Assembly: GCA_032718475.1 (NCBI GenBank)
Contig: JAUCBJ010008397.1
Span: forward strand, 1-50,816
Direction: 5' to 3'
Length of the DNA: 50,816 nt
Source: Nemertoderma westbladi
Lineage: Eukaryota > Animalia > Xenacoelomorpha
Both the position numbers and the translations under genes were made by a program. Positions 11,159 through 24,726 of the stretch are shown piece by piece (within the stretch, counting starts at the first letter, position 1; every line of letters starts with the position of its first letter). The notes below the pieces were generated by a model. It searched no databases, was not told the DNA's origin, and was given only the letters and a program-made list of their open reading frames with translations.

Positions 11159-13464
11159 TCCACGAAGCTAAGGAAAATCAACTACTTTCGCTAAGAAAGA
11201 TTTTCCTTAGCTGAGATGGTCTATTCATAGTGGGCTATTTTACTTGTGTGAGGCAGATTTGGTTTTTTTTGATCGGTGAAAAAACTAGCCTTTAAAAGTA
11301 CCCTGAAATTTTGCATGTATATACTACTCGTCGAGGCGCATCTTTTGGGCTGGGTCTCATATCCAGGAAAAATCTGGTTTCCATGGCAACGGACTTAGAA
11401 AAAAGTCTATGTATTTCAAGTCAATATCTATAACTCTATTTGTAGGAAAACTATAATAGATATAAACTTGGGGTTTCTCAACACAACTATAAGGTCCATA
11501 GCAGAGCCGATTGAGGTTAAATAGAAAATCCAGTTACCCTGGCAACCGGGCTAAACAGATGTTAAAATTTATAAAATGTTAATTTGAAGCCTAAGGTTAA
11601 GGTTTGATGACTTGGGACCAATCCCTACCCCCACTATATAACTTATTCTGCGTCCGAATTTGATTGTTCTATTTTGCAGTTACCTTGACAACCGCTGAAA
11701 ACAGATGTTTTTATACGAAAATTATTCATTTGTACATAGACTTCACGATAAAATTTTACGAAACTAGGTATGTGTTATCTGGACCACTAGTTGGAACTTT
11801 TAGTGAAACTCAAAACATTCCAGAAATATCTAGTTACCATGGTAACTGTAGTTTTTTTAAAGTTATATATCATTCAAGTCTATAATCATAACTCTATTTG
11901 GAGAAAAACTGTAATATATATAAACTTGGGGTTTTGCAACTCATCTATAAGGTCCATATCCATATACAAGCCGTTCGAAGTTAATTAGAAAATCTATTTA
12001 CCATAGCAACAAGAGTAAACAGATGTTAAAATTAATAAAATGATAATTTGAAGCACAATTTAATAGTATTATGACTTGGGACCAACACCTACCCCCACTA
12101 TATGACTTATTCTGCATCCGAATTACATTGTTCTATTTTTCAGTTTCCATGACAACCACTGCAAACAGATGCATTTTGATAGAAAATCTGTAATTTGGAC
12201 ATCCACGAAGCTAAGGAAAATCAACTACTTTCGCTAAGAAAGATTTTCCTTAGCTGAGATGGTCTATTCATAGTGGGCTATTTTACTTGTGTGAGGCAGA
12301 TTTGGGGTTTTTTGATAGGCGAAAAAACTAGCCTTTAAAAGTACCCTGAAATTTTGCATGTATATACTACTCGGCGAGGCGCATCTTTTGGGCCGGGTCT
12401 CATATCCAGGAAAAATCTGGTTTCCATGGCAACGGACTTCAAAAAAAGTCTATGTATTTCAAGTCAATATTTATAACTCTATTTGTAGGAAAACTATAAT
12501 AGATATAAACTTGGGAATTCGCAACACAACTATAAGGTCCATAGCAGATCCGATTGAAGCTAAATAGAAAATCCAGTTACCTTGGCAACCGGGATAAACA
12601 GATGTTAAAATTTATAAAATGATAATTTGAGGCCTAAGGGCAAGGTGTTATGACTTGAGACCAACCCCTACCCCCACTATATAACTTATTCTGCATCCGA
12701 ATTACATTGTTCTATTTTTCAGTTACCATGACAACAGCCGAAAACAGATGTTTTTATACAAAAATTATTCATTTGGACATAGACTTCGCGATAAAATTTT
12801 ACAAAACTGGGTATGTGTTATCTGCACCACTAGTTGGAACTTTTAGTGAAACTTAAATCATTCCAGAAATTTAGTTACCATGGTAACTGTAGTTTATTAA
12901 ACTCTATATCATTCAAGTCTATATTGATAACTCTATTTCTAGCAAAACTGTAATATATATAAACTTGGGGTTTTGTAACTCATCTATAAGGTCCATATAC
13001 AAGCCGTTCGAAGTTAATTAGAAAATCCATTTACCATAGCAACAAGAGTAAACAGATGTTAAAATTAATAAAATGATAATTTGAAGCACAATTTAATAGT
13101 ATTATGACTTGGGACCAACACCTACCCCCACTATATGACTTATTCTGCATCCGAATTACATTGTTCTATTTTTCAGTTTCCATGACAACCACTGCAAACA
13201 GATGCATTTTGATAGAAAATCTGTAATTTGGACATAAACTACAATATTTTCTGAAACTCGATGTATTATCTGAAAAACAATCTGGACTGAATCTTTTTTC
13301 AAAGGTAAAACCAACAGTTCCAGAGAACTCTAGTTTCCATGGGAATAGAAGTTATTTATTGGCAAATGCTACTAAACTAGGCTAAGCAACGAACCAAATT
13401 GTGGCCGTTTGTTTAATTTTCCTTAGCTTCGTGGTTGCATTTCCTTTAGGAAATGCCTTTCTAG
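11159..13464 (+). mobile_element. Helitron-like copies H5 (11159-12201, no own 3' end) and chimeric H6 (12202-13464)
   Basis: Inserted at CTCTATTTA|TAGAATAACC; absent from the equivalent sites near 22794 and 32187. Confidence 0.85.
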
Positions 13465-13982
13465 TAGAATAACCGCAATAGATATAAACTTGGGGTTTCT
13501 CAACTCAATGATAAGGACAACAGTCGAGCTGATTGAGGTTAATTAGAAAATCCAGTTACCAGGGCAACCATGCTAAACTGATGTTCAAATTTATAAAATG
13601 GTTATTTGAAGCATAACATTAAGGTATTACGACTTGGGACCAATCCCTACCCCCACTATATCACTAATTACGCATCCAATTTAAATTGTCGCATTTTTCA
13701 GTTTCCATGACAACCACTACAAACAGACGTTTTAACAATTAAATCCTTTGTTTTACACATTAACTACTCAATGAAACTGAATTGAAGTATGTGTCACCTG
13801 GAACCACAAACCGGATCTTAATGTAATCCTCAGCAGTTCTAGAAAATTCCGGTTGCCATTGTAATATGAGTTTTTAAGGCATATGCCTCTTAACTCAGTA
13901 AAGCAATGAAGTGATGAGTCAAAGTGTGTTTAATTTTCCTTAGCTTCGTGGTTGCATTTCCTTTAGGAAATGCCTTTCTAGT

Positions 13983-15253
13983 TCCACGAAGCTAAGGAAA
14001 ATCAACTACTTTCGCTAAGAAAGATTTTCCTTAGCTGAGATGGTCTATTCATAGTGGGCTATTTTACTTGTGTGAGGCAGATTTGGGGTTTTTTGATAGG
14101 CGAAAAAACTAGCCTTTAAAAGTACCCTGAAATTTTGCATGTATATACTACTCGACGAGGCGCATCTTTTGGGCCGGGTCTCATATCCAGGAAAAATCTG
14201 GTTTCCATGGCAACGGACTTCAAAAAAAGTCTATGTATTTCAAGTCAATATTTATAACTCTATTTGTAGGAAAACTATAATAGATATAAACTTGGGGTTT
14301 CGCAACACAACTATAAGGTCCATAGCAGATCCGATTGAGGCTAAATAGAAAATCCAGTTACCTTGGCAACCGGGATAAACAGATGTTAAAATTTATAAAA
14401 TGTTAATTTGAAGCCTAAGGGCAAGGTGTTATGACTTGGGACCAACCCCTACCCCCACTATATAACTTATTCTGCATCCGAATTACATTGTTCTATTTTT
14501 CAGTTACCATGACAACCGCTGAAAACATATGTTTTTATTCAAAACTTATTCATTTGGACATAGACTTCACGATAAAATTTTACAAAACTGGGAATGTGTT
14601 ATCTGGACCACTAGTTGGAACTTTTAGTGAAACTTAAATTATTCCAGAAATTTAGTTACCATGGTAACTGTAGTTTATTAAACTCTATATCATTCAAATC
14701 TATATTGATAACTCTATTTGTAGCAAAACTGTAATATATATAAACTTGGGGTTTTGCAACTCATCTATAAGATCCATATCCAAGCCGTTTGAGGTTAATT
14801 AGAAAATACAGTTACCATAGCAACAAGTCTAAACAGATGTTAAAATTTATAACATGATAATTTGAAGCACAAGTTAATAGTATTATGACTTGGGACTAAC
14901 CCCTACCCCCACTATATGACTTATTCTGCATCCGAATTACATTGTTCTATTTTTCAGTTTCCATGACAACCACTGCAAACAGATGCATTTTGATAGAAAA
15001 TCGGTAATTTGGACATAAACTACAATATTTTCTGAAACTCAGTATATATATGTGTTATCTGAACCACAATTTGTACTGAATTTTTTTTCAAAGGTTAAAG
15101 CAACAGTTCCAGAGAACTCTAGTTTCCATGGGAATAGAAGTTAATTATTGACAATTGCTACTAAACGAGGCTAAGCAACGAACCAAAGTGTGGCCGTTTG
15201 TTTAATTTTCCTTAGCTTCGTGGTTGCATTTCCTTTAGGAAATGCCTTTCTCG
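13983..15253 (+). mobile_element. Helitron-like copy H7, intact, 1271 bp
   Basis: Follows H4 after a single T; matches 23313-24583 and 32706-33976. Confidence 0.9.
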
Positions 15254-15645
15254 TAATAGTATTATGACTTGGGACTAACCCCTACCCCCACTATATGACT
15301 TATTCTGCATCCAAATTACATTGTTCTATTTTTAAGTTTCCATGACAACCACTGCAAACAGATGCATTTTGATAGAAAATCGGTAATTTGGACATAAACT
15401 ACAATATTTTCTGAAACTCAGTACATGTGTTATCTGAACCACAATCTGTACTGAATTTTTTTTCAAAGGTTAAAGCAACAGTTCCATCGAACTCTAGTTT
15501 CCATGGGAATAGAAGTTAATTATTGACAATTGCTACTAAACGAGGCTAAGCAAGCAACGAACCAAAGTGTGGCCGTTTGTTTACTTTTCCTTAGCTTCGT
15601 GGTTGCATTTCCTTTAGGAAATGCCTTTCTCGTAGACTTGAATGA

Positions 15646-16921
15646 TCCACGAAGCTAAGGAAAATCAACTACTTTCGCTAAGAAAGATTTTCCTTAGCTG
15701 AGATGGTCTATTCATAGTGGGCTATTTTACTTGTGTGAGGCAGATTTGGGGTTTTTTGATAGGCGAAAAAACTAGCCTTTAAAAGTACCCTGAAATTTTG
15801 CATGTATATACTACTCGGCGAGGCGCATCTTTTGGGCCGGGTCTCATATCCAGGAAAAATCTGGTTTCCATGGCAACGGACTTCAAAAAAAGTCTATGTA
15901 TTTCAAGTCAATATTTATAACTCTATTTGTAGGAAAACTATAATAGATTTAAACTTGGGGTTTTGCAACACAACTATAAGGTCCATAGCAGATCCGATTG
16001 AGGCTAAATAGAAAATCCAGTTACGTTGGCAACCGGGATAAACAGATGTTAAAATTTATAAAATGATAATTTGAGGCCTAAGGGCAAGGTGTTATGACTT
16101 GAGACCAACCCCTACCCCCACTATATAACTTATTCTGCATCCGAATTACATTGTTCTATTTTTCAGTTACCATGACAACAGCCGAAAACAGATGTTTTTA
16201 TACAAAAATTATTCATTTGGACATAGACTTCGCGATAAAATTTTACAAAACTGGGTATGTGTTATCTGCACCACTAGTTGGAACTTTTAGTGAAACTTAA
16301 ATCATTCCAGAAATTTAGTTACCATGGTAACTGTAGTTTATTAAACTCTATATCATTCAAGTCTATATTGATAACTCTATTTCTAGCAAAACTGTAATAT
16401 ATATAAACTTGGGGTTTTGTAACTCATCTATAATTTCCATATCCATCCAAGCCGTTTGAGGTTAATTAGAAAGTACAGTTACCATAGCAACAAGACTAAA
16501 CAGATGTTACTATTTATAAAATGATAATTTGAAGCACAAGTTAATAGTATTATGACTTGGGACCAAGACCTACCCCCACTATATGACTTATTCTGCATCC
16601 GAATTACATTATTATATTTTTCAGTTTCCATGACAACCACTGCAAACAGATGCATTTTGATAGAAAATCGGTAATTTGGACATAAACTACAATATTTTCT
16701 GAAACTCGGTATATGTGTTATAATCTGAACCACAATCTGGACTGAATCTTTTTTCAAAGGTAAAACCCACAGTTCCAGAGAACTCTAGTTTCCATGGGAA
16801 TAGACGTAAATTATTGGCAATTGCTACTAAACTAGGCTATAAGCAACGAACCAAAGTGTGGCCGTTTGTTTAATTTTCCTTAGCTTCGTGGTTGCATTTC
16901 CTTTAGGAAATGCCTTTCTCG
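15646..16921 (+). mobile_element. Helitron-like copy H8, intact, 1276 bp
   Basis: Inserted in H0 at GAATGA|TATAATC with no TSD. Confidence 0.9.
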
Positions 16922-17055
16922 TATAATCTGTAATAAACTCCAGTTACCACGGTAACTAGATATTTCTGGAATGTTTTTTAGTTTCACTAAAAGTTCCAAC
17001 TAGTGGTCTAGTTAACACATAACCAGTTTCGTAAAATTTTATCGTGAAGTCTATG

Positions 17056-18311
17056 TCCACGAAGCTAAGGAAAATCAACTACTTTCGCTAAGAAAGATTT
17101 TCCTTAGCTGAGATGGTCTATTCATAGTGGGCTATTTTACTTGTATGAGGCAGATTTGGGGTTTTTTGATAGGTGAAAAAACTAGCCTTTAAAAGTACCC
17201 TGAAAGTTTGCATGTATATACTACTCGTCGAGGCGCATCGTGTGGGATGGGTCTCATATCCAGGAAAAATCTGGTTTCCATGGCAACGGACTTAGAAAAA
17301 AGTCTATGTATTTCAAGTCAATCTTTATAACTCTATTTGTAGAAAAACTATAATAGATATAAACTTGGGGTTTCTCAACTCAACTATAAGGTCCATGGCA
17401 GAGCCGATTGAGGTTAAATAGAAAATTCAGTTACCTTGGCAACCGGGCTAAACAGATGTTAAAATTTATAAAATGTTAATTTGAAGCCTAAGGTTAAGGT
17501 GTTATGACTTGGGACCAACCCCTACCCCCACTATATAACTTATTCTGCGTCCGAATTTGATTGTTCTATTTTGCAGTTACCATGACAACCGCTGTAAACA
17601 GATGTTTTTATACAAAAATTACTAATTTGGACATAGACTTCGCTATAAAATGTTACGAAACTAGTTATGTGTTAACTAGACCACTAGTTGGAACTTTTAG
17701 TGAAACTAAAAAACATTCCAGAAATATCTAGTTACCGTGGTAACTGGAGTTTATTACTGATTATATCATTCAAGTCTATATTCATAACTCTATTTATAGA
17801 ATAACCGCAATAGATATAAACTTGGGGTTTCTCAACTCAATGATAAGGACAATAGTCGAGCTGATTCAGGTTAATTAGAAAATCCAGTTACCAGGGCAAC
17901 CATGCTAAACAGATGTTCAAATTTATAAAATGGTTATTTGAAGCATAACATTAAGGTATTACGACTTGGGACCAATCCCTACCCCCACTATATCACTAAT
18001 TACGCATCCAATTTAATTTGTCGCATTTTTCAGTTTCCATGACAACCACTACAAACAGACGTTTTAACAATTAAATCCTTTGTTTTACACATTAACTACT
18101 CAATGAAACTGAATTGAAGTATGTGTCACCTGGAACCACAAACCGGATCTTAATGTAATCCTCAGCAGTTCTAGAAAACTCCGGTTGCCATGGTAATGAG
18201 TTTTAAAGGCATATGCCTCTTAACTCTGTAAAGCAATGAAGTGATGAGTCAAAGAGTGTTGAATTTTCCTTAGCTTCGTGGTTGCATTTCCTTTAGGAAA
18301 TGCCTTTCTAG
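17056..18311 (+). mobile_element. Helitron-like copy H9, intact, 1256 bp (LINE-free relative of H4/H11)
   Basis: G|TC...CTAG|T; shares diagnostic variants with H4 and H11. Confidence 0.9.
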
Positions 18312-18317
18312 TACATA

Positions 18318-18495
18318 GAAAGTAGTTGATTTTCCTTAGCTTCGTGGATTTTGCAGTTACCTTGACAACCGCTGAAAACAGATGTTTTTATACGAAAATT
18401 ATTCAAATGAATAATTTTCGTATAAAAACATCTGTTTTCAGCGGTTGTCAAGGTAACTGCAAAATCCACGAAGCTAAGGAAAATCAACTACTTTC
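18318..18495. repeat. 178-bp palindrome (88-bp arms, 2-nt AA spacer)
   Basis: 18318-18405 is the reverse complement of 18408-18495 and includes an inverted copy of the H0/H10 junction. Confidence 0.95.
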
Positions 18496-19812
18496 GCTAA
18501 GAAAGATTTTCCTTAGCTGAGATGGTCTATTCATAGTGGGCTATTTTACTTGTGTGAGGCAGATTTGGTTTTTTTTGATAGGTGAAAAAACTAGCCTTTA
18601 AAAGTACCCTGAAATTTTGCATGTATATACTACTCGTCGAGGCGCATCTTTTGGGCTGGGTCTCATATCCAGGAAAAATCTGGTTTCCGTGGCAACGGAC
18701 TTAGAAAAAAGTCTATGTATTTCAAGTCAATATTTATAACTCTATTTGTAGGAAAACTATAATAGATATAAACTTGGGGTTTCTCAACACAACTATAAGG
18801 TCCATAGCAGAGCCGATTGAGGTTAAATAGAAAATCCAGTTACCTTGGCAACCGGGCTAAACAGATGTTAAAATTTATAAAATGTTAATTTGAAGCCTAA
18901 GGTTAAGGTGTTATGACTTGGGACCAACCCCTACCCCCACTATATAACTTATTCTGCATCCGAATTACATTGTTCTATTTTTCAGTTACCATGACAACCG
19001 CTGAAAACAGATGTTTTTATACAAAAATTATTCATTTGGACATAGACTTCGCGATAAAATTTTACAAAACTGGGTATGTGTTATCTGGACCACTAGTTGG
19101 AACTTTTAGTGAAACTTAAATCATTCCAGAAATTTAGTTACCATGGTAACTGTAGTTTATTAAACTCTATATCATTCAAGTCTATATTGATAACTCTATT
19201 TGTAGCAAAACTGTAATATATATAAACTTGGGGTTTTGCAACTCATCTATAAGATCCATATCCAAGCCGTTTGAGGTTAATTAGAAAATACAGTTACCAT
19301 AGCAACAAGTCTAAACAGATGTTAAAATTTATAAAATGATAATTTGAAGCACAAGTTAATAGTATTATGACTTGGGACCAACCCCTACCCCCACTATATG
19401 ACTTATTCTGCATCCGAATTACATTGTTCTATTTTTCAGTTTCCATGACAACCACTGCAAACAGATGCTTTTGATACAAAAATCGGTAATTTGGACATAA
19501 ACTACCAATAATTTTACTGAAACTCGGATATGTGTTATCTGAACCACAATCTGACGAATCTTTTTGTCAAAGCTCAAGAACAGTTCCAGAGAACTCTAGT
19601 TTCCATGGGAATAGAGTTTATTAAAGTGCTATATGCATCAAGTCAAATTCAATACTCTGTATTTCTAGCAAATGATGTAGATAAATCAAATTGGGAGTGT
19701 TGATATCTGTAAGGTCCATATACACCTTCGTAGGTTCAATTACAAATCCTTACCTAGCAATAATGACTAAACAATGTTAACAATTTAGTAACAATATATT
19801 TAAGCTACAAGT
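18465..19812 (+). mobile_element. Helitron-like copy H10, no 3' terminus, extra degenerate subunits
   Basis: After the last normal subunit (~19600) it continues into an indel-rich further round of the internal repeat instead of the 3' end. Confidence 0.75.
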
Positions 19813-22800
19813 TCCACGAAGCTAAGGAAAATCAACTACTTTCGCTAAGAAAGATTTTCCTTAGCTGAGATGGTCTATTCATAGTGGGCTATTTTACTTG
19901 TATGAGGCAGATTTGGGTTTTTTTGATAGGTGAAAAAACTAGACTTTAAAAGTACCCTGAAATTTTGCATGTATATACTACTCGTCGAGGCGCATCGTGT
20001 GGGATGGGTCTCATATCCAGGAAAAATCTGGTTTCCATGGCAACGGACTTAGAAAAAAGTCTATGTATTTCAAGTCAATCTTTATAACTCTATTTGTAGA
20101 AAAACTATAATAGATATAAACTTGGGGTTTCTCAACTCAACTATAAGGTCCATGGCAGAGCCGATTGAGGTTAAATAGAAAATCCAGTTACCTTGGCAAC
20201 CGGGCTAAACAGATGTTAAAATTTATAAAATGTTAATTTGAAGCCTAAGGTTAAGGTGTTATGACTTGGGACCAACCCCTACCCCCACTATATAACTTAT
20301 TCTGCGTCCGAATTTGATTGTTCTATTTTGCAGTTACCATGACAACCGCTGTAAACAGATGTTTTTATACAAAAATTACTAATTTGGACATAGACTTCGC
20401 TATAAAATTTTACGAAACTAGTTATGTGTTAACTAGACCACTAGTTGGAACTTTTAGTGAAACTAAAAAACATTCCAGAAATATCTAGTTACCGTGGTAA
20501 CTGGAGTTTATTACAGATTATATCATTCAAGTCTATATTCATAACTCTATTATTATTATTATTATTATTATTACACCCATAGTCAAAAATTGCACATATG
20601 AAATTTATTTCAAATAAAATAGATCATTAGATAAAAATATATACAGTAAGTAGTGGGGGAGGAGACTAACCAGGCCCGTGCACTTACGGTTAGCCATTCC
20701 ATTATTTAAGTTAATTAATTTGTATACTAAACGTTATAAGTACATGTAAAAGTAACTAAAAAGTATTAAATAATTAAACGTTTCCCGGATAAAAATATTT
20801 TTCTAAAAAATATTGTTAAAGATATTTTTCTACTGCCCGTACTTAAATATATTAACAATAAATAGTATTATATAATAACATGAGTTATGCCAAAAATAAT
20901 CCAATTATTATAAAAATCTGTTAAAACTGCAGTATTTTAAAAGGTCTACATCCCGTGCTAAAATATTACTAAAAATATTAATGTTTGGGGCTGATGCAGC
21001 ATTAGAAGGTAGGTCGTTCCACATACTAACTATCCTATTACAAAAATATTTCTGACAAATTTGTAGGCGGCAAAAATTGTGTTGCAATTTATATTGGTGA
21101 CCTCTAAGACCCCTTCGTGAAGCAAAGCTAAAAAAATCATCAAAATTAATTTGCACTGCACCGGTGATTATAGAGAAAACCTGTTTTAAATCAAACACAT
21201 GACGTCTAACTTCGAGTGGTTGTAAGTTTAAGTACTCAAGTCTATCTAAATAAGGCACCATGGTTAATTTACATCTAAAAAATAATCTGCGCGTAAAATA
21301 TCTCTGTACGTGTTCGATCAGATCTATATGTCCTTTGGTAAAAGGAGACCAAATTACTGTACAATATTCCAATAAGGGACGCACGTAAGATTTATAAGCA
21401 CAAATTAGGGCTGCCATATTACGAGTACGAAAACATCTAAAAATCATATTGATTACTTTAGTTGATTTCAGAGCACGCTCATGGCAATGTTTATTAAATT
21501 TAAAATCAGAAGAAATCGTAACTCCCAGATCCTTACAATCATCCTCTGCTTCAACAAGTTTACTATCTAGAAAATATTGCTGTTGAGGGTTATTGTAACC
21601 TAAATAGAGCACTATACATTTGTGTGGAGCGATATTCAACTGCCATTTATTAGACCATTCTGTGATTTTGTACAGAGACTGTGATATCAGTAAGTGGTCG
21701 CTGGATGGCGCATATATTTTGACGTCGTCAGCAAATAGTTTACACGATAACCCTAAATTAAAAATATCCGGTAAATCGTTAATAAAAAGCACAAATAAAA
21801 TTGGACCTAGTACGCTACCTTGTATGGTGCCCGACGTAACTGGACTATAATCAGAGAAACTACTACCAACTAAAATACGTTGTGATCTATATGCGAGAAA
21901 AGCCTTTAACCAATAAAATAAGTCACCTACTATACCGTAAGAAGAAAGTTTACATAAAAGTTTTTGGTGCACAACAGAATCAAAGGCTTTCGCAAAGTCT
22001 ATGTAGATTACATCAACAGTGCACTTTCTATCTAATAATTTAATCCAATCCTTTGTACATTCTAATAGCTGGGTACATGTAGACTTATTTTTTAAGAAGC
22101 CATGTTGGGCCTTATTAATTAATTTGTTAGTAAATAAGTAATCACACAAATCTTGTTTAATACACTGCTCCATAATTTTACACGCAATACAAGTCAATGA
22201 AACGGGTCTGTAGTTATATGGGTCACTCGAGTTTCCTTTTTTGTACAACGGGACAATAATAGCTGTAGACCAAATTGAAGGAAGGGCATGTGATTTAAAA
22301 GAAATATTAAAAATAACAGATAACGGTAAAGATAAAACTGACGCTAAATTACTGAATAAAATGCACGGAAAACCGTCAGGCGTACGACTTGTTTTAGAAC
22401 CTAATTTACGAATAATTGAGAAAACACGATCAACTGAAAAATCGACTTTAGAAATATATACAGATTGCGGGACCCTCCGCGTAAATGTAGGGCAATCGTT
22501 ATTATCAATATTAAAATTGTCTGACAGAACCTTAGCGAAAATATCAGCCTTGACGGCATCATCTACAATTGTGGCACCATTAATGAAAGAGGTGAAATTC
22601 CCTGTCTAGATTTGCACTTTAAGTTTACGTAATTAAACAAAACATTCGCCTTTCCACTGTTTAGAATTTTATATTCTCGTAAACATTCAGATCGGAGAAT
22701 TGCCTCCGACAGTTCCTTACAACAACGGTTGTAATCTGATTTACCGATCTCCGTGTGGCGCCGGCGCCAAAGTAACTTTTTCTTTCTCTATTTATAGAAT

Positions 22801-23311
22801 AACCGCAATAGATATAAACTTGGGGTTTCTCAACTCAATGATAAGGACAACAGTCGAGCTGATTGAGGTTAATTAGAAAATCCAGTTACCAGGGCAACCA
22901 TGCTAAACTGATGTTCAAATTTATAAAATGGTTATTTGAAGCATAACATTAAGGTATTACGACTTGGGACCAATCCCTACCCCCACTATATCACTAATTA
23001 CGCATCCAATTTAAATTGTCGCATTTTTCAGTTTCCATGACAACCACTACAAACAGACGTTTTAACAATTAAATCCTTTGTTTTACACATTAACTACTCA
23101 ATGAAACTGAATTGAAGTATGTGTCACCTGGAACCACAAACCGGATCTTAATGTAATCCTCAGCAGTTCTAGAAAATTCCGGTTGCCATTGTAATATGAG
23201 TTTTTAAGGCATATGCCTCTTAACTCAGTAAAGCAATGAAGTGATGAGTCAAAGTGTGTTTAATTTTCCTTAGCTTCGTGGTTGCATTTCCTTTAGGAAA
23301 TGCCTTTCTAG
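19813..23311 (+). mobile_element. Helitron-like copy H11 carrying LINE copy 2
   Basis: Same LINE insertion point and TSD as H4. Confidence 0.88.
20552..22785 (-). mobile_element. 5'-truncated CR1-group LINE, copy 2 (RT ORF 20908-22248)
   Basis: Identical 446-aa translation; TSD CTCTATT at 20545-20551 and 22786-22792. Confidence 0.92.
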
Positions 23312-23312
23312 T

Positions 23313-24583
23313 TCCACGAAGCTAAGGAAAATCAACTACTTTCGCTAAGAAAGATTTTCCTTAGCTGAGATGGTCTATTCATAGTGGGCTATTTTACTTG
23401 TGTGAGGCAGATTTGGGGTTTTTTGATAGGCGAAAAAACTAGCCTTTAAAAGTACCCTGAAATTTTGCATGTATATACTACTCGACGAGGCGCATCTTTT
23501 GGGCCGGGTCTCATATCCAGGAAAAATCTGGTTTCCATGGCAACGGACTTCAAAAAAAGTCTATGTATTTCAAGTCAATATTTATAACTCTATTTGTAGG
23601 AAAACTATAATAGATATAAACTTGGGGTTTCGCAACACAACTATAAGGTCCATAGCAGATCCGATTGAGGCTAAATAGAAAATCCAGTTACCTTGGCAAC
23701 CGGGATAAACAGATGTTAAAATTTATAAAATGTTAATTTGAAGCCTAAGGGCAAGGTGTTATGACTTGGGACCAACCCCTACCCCCACTATATAACTTAT
23801 TCTGCATCCGAATTACATTGTTCTATTTTTCAGTTACCATGACAACCGCTGAAAACATATGTTTTTATTCAAAACTTATTCATTTGGACATAGACTTCAC
23901 GATAAAATTTTACAAAACTGGGAATGTGTTATCTGGACCACTAGTTGGAACTTTTAGTGAAACTTAAATTATTCCAGAAATTTAGTTACCATGGTAACTG
24001 TAGTTTATTAAACTCTATATCATTCAAATCTATATTGATAACTCTATTTGTAGCAAAACTGTAATATATATAAACTTGGGGTTTTGCAACTCATCTATAA
24101 GATCCATATCCAAGCCGTTTGAGGTTAATTAGAAAATACAGTTACCATAGCAACAAGTCTAAACAGATGTTAAAATTTATAACATGATAATTTGAAGCAC
24201 AAGTTAATAGTATTATGACTTGGGACTAACCCCTACCCCCACTATATGACTTATTCTGCATCCGAATTACATTGTTCTATTTTTCAGTTTCCATGACAAC
24301 CACTGCAAACAGATGCATTTTGATAGAAAATCGGTAATTTGGACATAAACTACAATATTTTCTGAAACTCAGTATATATATGTGTTATCTGAACCACAAT
24401 TTGTACTGAATTTTTTTTCAAAGGTTAAAGCAACAGTTCCAGAGAACTCTAGTTTCCATGGGAATAGAAGTTAATTATTGACAATTGCTACTAAACGAGG
24501 CTAAGCAACGAACCAAAGTGTGGCCGTTTGTTTAATTTTCCTTAGCTTCGTGGTTGCATTTCCTTTAGGAAATGCCTTTCTCG
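23313..24583 (+). mobile_element. Helitron-like copy H12, intact, 1271 bp
   Basis: Matches H7; downstream flank differs (TTATCTGG versus TAATAG). Confidence 0.9.
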
Positions 24584-24726
24584 TTATCTGGACCATTAGT
24601 TGGAACTTTTAGTGAAACTTAAATTATTCCAGAAATTTAGTTACCATGGTAACTGTAGTTTATTAAACTCTATATCATTCAAATTTTTAGTTTCCATGAC
24701 AACCACTGCAAACAGATGCATTTTGA

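Larger units (their letters stand above)
8177..13981 (+). mobile_element. Helitron-like copy H4 carrying a CR1-type LINE and nested copies H5/H6
   Basis: Own sequence 8177-8915, 11150-11158 and 13465-13981. The uninterrupted relative is H9 (17056-18311), which reads CTCTATTTATAGAATAACC at the empty site. Confidence 0.85.
7285..15632 (+). mobile_element. Helitron-like copy H3, split (7285-8176 and 15254-15632)
   Basis: Host sequence GCACAAG...TAATAGTATT resumes at 15254. The H0 flanks GAATA|TAGACTTG rejoin across 7284/15633. Confidence 0.85.
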
